This document shows, in pieces, positions 56,897 to 64,000 of a DNA stretch of 64,000 nucleotides (its first letter is position 1; each line of letters opens with the position of its first letter). This stretch comes from Psammoneis japonica. Its lineage: Eukaryota. The notes under the pieces were generated by a model. The model had not been told where the DNA came from. It saw nothing but the letters and a program-made list of their open reading frames with translations, and ran no database searches. The stretch lies in assembly GCA_008632985.1 (NCBI GenBank), contig QPGO01000012.1:620001-684000 (forward strand). Direction: 5' to 3'. Position numbers and translations under genes: made by a program.

Positions 56897-58180
56897 CGCG
56901 AAAAGGAATTTCTAAGTATCTACTTACTCGCGCTCATGGCAATCATCACGAAGATAGCAGACAGCCCAAAAGAAGCTGGAGGAGTTTTGTACACCATTTT
57001 GTATCAAACGACTTGTATAACTGTCAAGTGACAATGGATATCACTACGTTCCTTAAAACAGCTAGGAAAAGCGGAACAAGTTAGACTTGGGGATCTTGGA
57101 CCCTTTGTAAGAAAGTCACCTCACAAGGCCAACTAAAAGCTGCGCTCCAGTGAAAACTCTAAATCAATGACTGCTTTGTATCACCACAACAGAACAGATG
57201 TACACAAAGGAGTTTCGACACCTCTCACTAAGAGCACACCGTTTCTCCTGATTGGAAAAAACATGAAAGCGCTCCCTCCCGCAGAGTACATGAACATGAA
57301 GGAAATGTACGAGCGGCGCGGCCAGATCTTCGATTCATAAATCAACCGTACTTACAACGAAAGCAATATCTCAATACATGCGAGGCTTGTGTGCGACAGA
57401 CTCACACTCTCTTTTCCTCTTGCTGCTTCTATTGTAGGATCGTCGATGGTGATGGGCGAGAGGCAGGCGAACCCGCGAAACATGAGGATGCAAGATGCAA
57501 GTTGAAGCGAGGGCCGCTGGGGAGACGAAGGCTTATTGATCAATCACGATTTCATGTTGCTCTGACTATGGATGCGCACGCCCAAGAGGTTTGTTTTACA
57601 TTTGATACTTAACCCCACGTCGCGTTCACAGGTCTTGACAAGACCGAGAGCAGCTGCCCACCACATTTGAAATCACTTTGGTCAAAGCAATCGACCCCAT
57701 CCAACAACACTCTGAACATTCCACATCGGACATCAGGCTTAAAATGACTACTTCTTTGGCAAGGGAAAGCGACAACAAGGCTGCTACAGAAGTATCGCGA
57801 TGGAAAAGGAAAACAGGAAACAGCAACAAAATTTGAAGTGAGTATTCACCGATATAAAATCTTTGTATGTAGAATTGTACGAGAATGAGTACTGTCGATG
57901 TGCGATCAAAGATATACACAGTGTGTCACATTGTGTCACACGACTCAGATCTCAGCAGTTTTTTCTTCCAAATCGAGTCATCTCGGTTTCTGAAGAAGCC
58001 ATCTCCTACTCGGCGGCTTTTACACCTATTTGCGACTCTAGCTAGCGCCAAACAGACTACAACAGTGCTGAGACATCGTTACTCTACTCGCCTAGAGGCT
58101 AGAGCTCGCCAATCATCATTGCACCACACCACTAACGCATGATTTGATACACCTTGAGTTGATTCCTTCACATTATCATG

Positions 58181-60046
58181 TTACGCTTGCTCTTCACCAC
58201 CTGCTGCAGCTTCTTGCTTTGCAGCCTTTTTTGCAGCTCGCAAATCATCAAATAAGCGATGAAGGACGCCGAGCCCACAAATTGTCGTGTACGAACACAC
58301 GCACGCGATAAACACGGGCGACGTTGCCGCACCTCCAAGTGCAAGCATCATGGATATCAAGGTCGTAAAGGTAAAGATTGCCGGAATGAATGCACACGGT
58401 ACTGCCACGATACAGCAAGGAACGGCCACCAAGATTGGAAGTCCAGGAACGATCAAGGTAGCGACTGTTCCGACGCAGGCACCTACAAAGAGAAAAGGAA
58501 AGATTGGACCGCCAACAAATCCAAACGGGACGCTGAAGGAAAGACACAAGAACTTGATTGCTGCAGTAGCCGCAATTGTACCGGATCCTAGGGCTTTTCC
58601 CAGCGTCACGACGGAACTCAGTTGGTCTGCACCGTCGGACAAGCACAGAGGGGATACAACGCAAAGCAATCCAACAAGCGTTCCGCCAACGACGGGTGTC
58701 AATAGGAGGCCAAGACTGATTCGTCTCTTGTGCAAACCCATCTTTTCTCCAAGAGCGTCCAAAGCGTCATGCGTCTTGTCGCCCAGCACGTTTCCAAGTA
58801 TGAGAATAATCAAACCCGCAAACCCAACAACACCACAAATGATTCCGAGTATCATGCCTTCAAACATGTTAACAACGTCGATCTCGGGAAGAAGGTCATA
58901 GGCAGCTTGTGGAAGCTGGATTTGGCTGAGTATAGTATATTTCTCAATAGAGGTAAACACGATATAAGCCACTGAGGCCGAAATGCCTGTGCGAGCAAGT
59001 GTTTCCGTCGCCGAAAGAGTGCTGTTTTCACCCCAGTGATTACCAAGCTCGAAAATGAGCATGGGACTGAGGTACTGTGCAGGGAGCAACGCTCCAAAAG
59101 CACCAGCAATGCCGTCCATAACAATGTACTTCTCGTCTTGAGAAAAGTCGGGCAACAATTTCGTCACTTGGTAGCTGGATTCTTCCTCTTGCTGATTCGT
59201 CTCATCAGCAGTCTCTTGTTGGTCACCTTCATTCTTGTTGATGGACGGCGCTGCCCGAAACTTTCCAATGCGCCAACGCTTGGACAAAAAGGTACCCAAA
59301 GCAGTGCCCGTTGCACCCATTGCTGCTTCTGGTCCAACCGACGCACCGAGTCCAATCGAAAGCGCGCTGCAAATGAGAATGGGCAATGGCAAGTATATAT
59401 CATGCGCATGAAGTCCTCGAATATCGTCGAGAAAGCCGGGTACTTTGCGCGGAAACGCATGGCGTTCCGGCACGAGGAGCGTCCAAATTACCTTTACCAA
59501 ACCAACCGCAAGTCCGGCTCCGGCAAGCATTCCAACATACCACCATTCGCCATTTCCCAAGCGGAACATATCCACGGGATCATGGCCTTCCTCAAAATGA
59601 GTTTCTTCTCCTTCTCCTCCTTCAATAATGCCTTCTTCTCCCGCAAGAAGGAGTGCAAGCGGTGAATCTTTTGGAATGAACTGTAGGGAATGGTGGTAGT
59701 CGTCCGACAACCACGTGTGTTGTGCAAGCACCGTGTAGAGATTGAAAAAGCCAAGAGCCACCAAGGCCAGAAAGCCTCCTTGGGGAACGGAGGAATAGAG
59801 AATTCCCATCCAGAATTGAGTAGTGCTGGCATAGGCCGGTCCAAAGATGCTGAGAAATTCTCTGGTTTCTTCTTGTTCTGTTGACGATTCGTCGTCGTCG
59901 TCGTCCTTTGTTGGATCGACGAACGTATCTTTTGTGCTCATCTTTGTTGATGTCACCGCGTTCGAGTCGTCCATCACTTCTTCGCTCATTTCTTCTTCCC
60001 CTGGTAATGAAGATGTGAACGTTCTCTCTACTCCATCAGAAGACAT
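58181..60046 (-). CDS. ClC (Voltage_CLC) chloride channel/transporter family protein, bacterial-like, no CBS domains
   Basis: Multiple TM helices, GASVGPEAA (GxEGP-like) and GFVGGPIFP (GxFxP-like) motifs, intronless 621-aa ORF. Confidence 0.85.
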   Translation of the reverse strand: MSSDGVERTFTSSLPGEEEMSEEVMDDSNAVTSTKMSTKDTFVDPTKDDDDDESSTEQEETREFLSIFGPAYASTTQFWMGILYSSVPQGGFLALVALGFFNLYTVLAQHTWLSDDYHHSLQFIPKDSPLALLLAGEEGIIEGGEGEETHFEEGHDPVDMFRLGNGEWWYVGMLAGAGLAVGLVKVIWTLLVPERHAFPRKVPGFLDDIRGLHAHDIYLPLPILICSALSIGLGASVGPEAAMGATGTALGTFLSKRWRIGKFRAAPSINKNEGDQQETADETNQQEEESSYQVTKLLPDFSQDEKYIVMDGIAGAFGALLPAQYLSPMLIFELGNHWGENSTLSATETLARTGISASVAYIVFTSIEKYTILSQIQLPQAAYDLLPEIDVVNMFEGMILGIICGVVGFAGLIILILGNVLGDKTHDALDALGEKMGLHKRRISLGLLLTPVVGGTLVGLLCVVSPLCLSDGADQLSSVVTLGKALGSGTIAATAAIKFLCLSFSVPFGFVGGPIFPFLFVGACVGTVATLIVPGLPILVAVPCCIVAVPCAFIPAIFTFTTLISMMLALGGAATSPVFIACVCSYTTICGLGVLHRLFDDLRAAKKAAKQEAAAGGEEQA

Positions 60047-60739
60047 CCCTATGGTTTTGGCTTCGATATGTTGTCGTAGAACGTATTCTACTCTCTGGCT
60101 AGTTGCGTACTACTACCGGAGGTATGTAAATAGTAGCGAAGTTATTTTTGCTATTGAAAAATCTCGACACCAAAAAATACTTATCGAAAATCGGCTTTCG
60201 TCAGTCACTAAAACACACCCAGTTGCAGCGACTGACGAAAGCCTTTTTTCGATATCTTCAGTTGTAAGAGCTGTAGAGCAAGAGCAAAGTATAGAAACAA
60301 GGTGTCCCATAAGTAATTTATATAGTATACAATCCTGGATGAGATTTCGGAACTCCGGATTAAATGTCAAATTTATGATACGATTAATGTTTGTATATAA
60401 ATTTAAAAATCAATTAGAAAAAGGCGAATATAACCGTTATTTTTCTTTAAATAAATACCAAATTTTCAACGACAAACATTCGCTTTCCGCTCACTCCGAC
60501 CGATACAACATGCGTTTGACCTTGTTCAGCTCGTCGAGAGCTTTCCACCGATATATGGGTCTTGGGGTCTGTGAGGCGATCCTGAAAAAAAGTTCGCTAC
60601 TATTCACATACCTCCGGTATCATTTTTCATGTTCTTCGCGAAGCTACCGTATGGTATCTCACGTGACACGTGACACCTGATGCTCCTTGCTGTTCATCAC
60701 TCATCCTCATTACTGTATGTATGGTATTCATCATCGCAT

Positions 60740-63700
60740 GGTTCCCCAGTGCAACTCAAACTATCACACCGGCAGGATGGTGGTGGTTATAATGCCGCCA
60801 CCCACACTGGGCTCCATCGAGCCTGTTGAGCCAAAACCTAGTGCTAAGGGATAGACTCGAGTCTAGAAATCAGGGCTTAAAATCTTAAGCCCCAATGAGC
60901 TGGGCACGAGTTGGTCCTTAATCCCAAGTGGTTCCGTCGACTCCTCCTGGGGAAAGAAAAATTTTTGCCCATCTGGGCGTTGATTCGTTGATGCTCCAAA
61001 TTGTGAGATCTTGAATGTGGACTTGGAGGGACTCCACTTTTTGAGTTTCCCCTCTGATTCCTAGCATGGATCCCACTGGAGCCTTTGCATTCCCATGATC
61101 ATTCGCATTTGTGACCATTCGCATTAGATTCTGTTGCGGCGAAAGCTTGGCCCCCATTTTTCTGCTCAACACCAGGTTCGTCATCACCGGGGCGATCCAT
61201 CTTCAATTTCTTCGTCTGTCTGAGAACCTGTCAATTGGGGCAAGTGATGAGGTTCCCCAGTGCAACTCAAACTGTCACAGGATGGTGGTGGTTACAATGC
61301 CGCCACCCACACTGGGCTCCATCGAGCCCATTGAGCCAAAACCTGGTGCCAAGGGATGGACTCGAGTCCAGAAATCAGGGCTTAAAATCTCAAGCCCCAA
61401 TGAGCTGGGCACGAGTTGGTCCCTAATCCCAAGTGGTTCCGTCGACTCCTCCACCCCCCATCTCGCGTTGCACTGCATTCCTCCATTGCCCCCATGCGTT
61501 CACATGGAAAACAAGGCAATGACGAGGCGGTCCCGCAGGGTCCATTCTCGGCACATGACATCAATGGGTTCCCCGCGGCAGCTCCGGCACCAGCGGGCAT
61601 GTTCATAAATCTGGTCCTTCATTGCCTTGTGGTGCTGGCCCGGGTGAGCTCGTGAAACGTGAGAACGTGCACCGCGACGGTGACAGTGGAGAGACCAAAA
61701 TTTCTCAGGAATGGAGTTTCCGGGGGACCCATCAAAGGCACACAAGAAAGGGTCACCCTCGCGCCGTTGCTCCTCGAGAGCCGGCCACAAGTGTGCAGTT
61801 CAACAACAGGTGGACGTCCAAGGGGTGCCATCCATCTGAGAGAACAAGAGGGTGCGACTGTGGGACCAGTCATCCCGACACAAGCCATGGGTGAGGTGTG
61901 CCCGTTTGAACCATCGCCCAGGATAGAAACCCGCAAAAGTGTGGTAAGCTGGTGCAACATCGGCGGGCAGATCACGTCGCCCCTTGGTGTCCAATCCCAG
62001 GTCAAAGGTGATGGCCCCGCAGCCTCGTGGCAGGTCAGCTGAGGCAGCACGAGTGGGATGCACAACGTTGACGTCGGCAAAAGCACGACCAAAGAGCTCA
62101 CCCCAGCGGAGCCACCCCAACCAGAAAACAGTGTTGGCCAGTCCGGCCTGTGCAAGTTCTCAGCACAATGCGGGGGAGGTGGCCAAATGGAAGCGCCGGG
62201 TCAAATCTTCGTCCAGCCACTTGACATGTCATTCTAGGAGAGCAACTGAGGGCTTAGATTCATTGCCGAGACGAGCCCCCATGCCGGCAGCGAGACGCGC
62301 TCCAGGTCCAGGTGGGACCTCGCACTGCTGAACTGTGACATCGAGAGTTTTTTGAATCGCGTCGTATGTCGTGCACGTGCATTTCTACGTGATTTTGGCG
62401 AAATTTTGCATGATTTGACAGTGTGTTTGTCAGGCTGTCCATTGAACAACTTTTAACATTTTTTTCTTCTGCGCCATTCTCGAGTGTCTTAAGAATGGCG
62501 CAGGGCAGGCGCATTGTCCAAAACTTCGAGTGCAAACAGGGATAGATGCACTGCAAACTTGGCCATTTTTTTTATGTCAAAGACAAACACATCCATTGGC
62601 CAGAGTACGAACTGCAGAGCTTGCATGCAGAATTCTACGGGGCAAATGTCACAAAAAGTCCCACCTGGGACTGGAACCCGTCGCGAACAGTTGAGCACTC
62701 AGGTCGTCGGCAGTGCGGCACGGGATGTGTGACAAACGATTCTCATCCACAACTGCCGCCCCCGGATGGGAAATCATCACATCCCATGCGAAAAACTGAG
62801 AGGCGGCGCTGCGGAGTTGGCGCACCGCACCAAAAGAGACCGGCTCACCTTTCTTTCCCGGGCGGAGGCTGCATTGCTCCTGTGCCCACAAGAGAGTGAC
62901 CTCCGGTCCGTGAGGTGGTCGGGTGAGGGGTGTGGGGGTGAGGATTGGAACTTGAAATGTGCGCTCAAATTTCCGAAGAGAGTTGAGTTTTTGTTGATGC
63001 TGCACGTGAGTTCCCGCGGACCATGCATGTGCCACATCCAGGATCCACATGCGTTCCAGAGCCATGAGCCGCCAGTCCTTGGAGGATGTGAGCTCATGGT
63101 CTAGGACACTGCACACCGCACACTTTTCACAGACAAAGTGAGCCCATTGTCAGATCTGAGGCGGTGGGGTGAGCCCCCCAGCCTGCTTGCGCCGTGTCAT
63201 GAAAGGCGGGCCGGCCCTGAAACACCGCGGATGGTGACAAACACCACATGGTGAGCATGCAGTGCCCGAGTTGAACTCAAACCCATGGACAGCAAAGGAG
63301 CATGTCACCAGTGGGTCACGAAGCGAGGCTCCTTGGTGGCAACCCGCGCATTGTTGAAGCCTGTTGCTCATGCCACCGAACAACTCCTGGTGAGGCAAGT
63401 GACTCCAACCTGTTGGAGGTGACAGCAGGCACAACACGCTGGTGAGGTCCAAGGCACAAGATGACGATCAGAATGGGCAGTCGCGGGGGAGCAAGGAGGG
63501 GTGCCCACGGGTCCAGTGGGAAGAGAGTCGGCAGCTCCTGAACACTGCGGGATGACCCATGCCAGAAAGCCGGGATGACACGGGGAACGAACACCAATGC
63601 CGCCGCAATGAGTGGGCGCTTTGTGCAGGCGGTCAGGAGGAAGGTGAGAAGTTGCCTGGCAACCTCCGGGGGTGGGAACCACACACAGTGAGTTTGTCTG

Positions 63701-64000
63701 GGACATCTCGTGCATCCCACACAGCATGCCACGGTTCCAAGGCCCAGGTGGAATGTCCCAACAAAGAAGCAACGTGCACTGCTAGGGACGGATCAGGCAT
63801 CAAGGGTTCAAAGACGGCAGCGTTGAGTCGGTCCTGGTCCTCGAGCTCGTGTGGTGCACCAGCCCATGCACCTCGGCTCAGCCCATCGGTCATTTGCCGA
63901 ATCACAACAATGCCGGGGACATGGACCACCTGCAGGCTGCAACCCAGTTCGAGCTCAATGAGACAGATCTCTTCTATGAGCTCATGTAATCCAGGAGAAG
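60740..64000 (-). mobile_element. Ngaro/DIRS-like tyrosine-recombinase retrotransposon, 3' part (runs off the window)
   Basis: RNase H-like VHVPG..IRQMTDGLSRG. Tyrosine recombinase motifs GWLRWGELF, SLHCHRRGARSHV and IYEHARW. Split direct repeats at 60740-60947 and 61251-61452. Confidence 0.8.
62308..62668. mobile_element. MITE inserted in the tyrosine recombinase ORF
   Basis: Perfect 11-bp TIRs CCAGGTGGGAC / GTCCCACCTGG, non-coding, homologous to 25754-26524. Confidence 0.85.

Noticed and set aside
57000..58140. Possible gene or RT fragments between the repeat-protein and ClC genes
   Set aside because: Only short ORFs with no motif I can support.
59847..60680. 277-aa ORF on the + strand
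   Set aside because: Begins antisense to the ClC gene and runs through AT-rich intergenic DNA, with no motif support.

Overview
Eukaryotic genomic DNA, very probably from a diatom (delta-carbonic anhydrase, diatom-type Copia, Plavaka and Ngaro-like elements, short GT-AG introns). Islands of host genes alternate with large transposon blocks at ~3.05-8.26 kb, ~12.76-19.5 kb, ~25.0-53.6 kb and ~60.7-64 kb. The host genes are a chromodomain-fused RNA-dependent RNA polymerase-like gene, an EGF-repeat protein, an RluA pseudouridine synthase-Janus/PHPT1 fusion, a disrupted GT10 fucosyltransferase, a delta-CA, Mpv17/PMP22, a secreted four-repeat protein and a ClC channel. The transposon blocks hold three LTR-bounded Copia elements, a Plavaka/CACTA-like DNA transposon, an Ngaro/DIRS-like tyrosine-recombinase element and nested MITEs. 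The main result is that the repeat blocks have almost lost the TpA dinucleotide through directional TpA->TpG/CpA (A:T->G:C) transitions on both strands. LTR-pair alignments place these changes after insertion: in one pair 12 of 18 TpA are lost versus 1 of 6 CpG. Conserved Tyr codons have become Cys/His throughout, while neighbouring genes are untouched. This looks like a repeat-targeted, 'reverse-RIP' adenine hypermutation process. A sequencing artefact caused by a modified base still has to be excluded.
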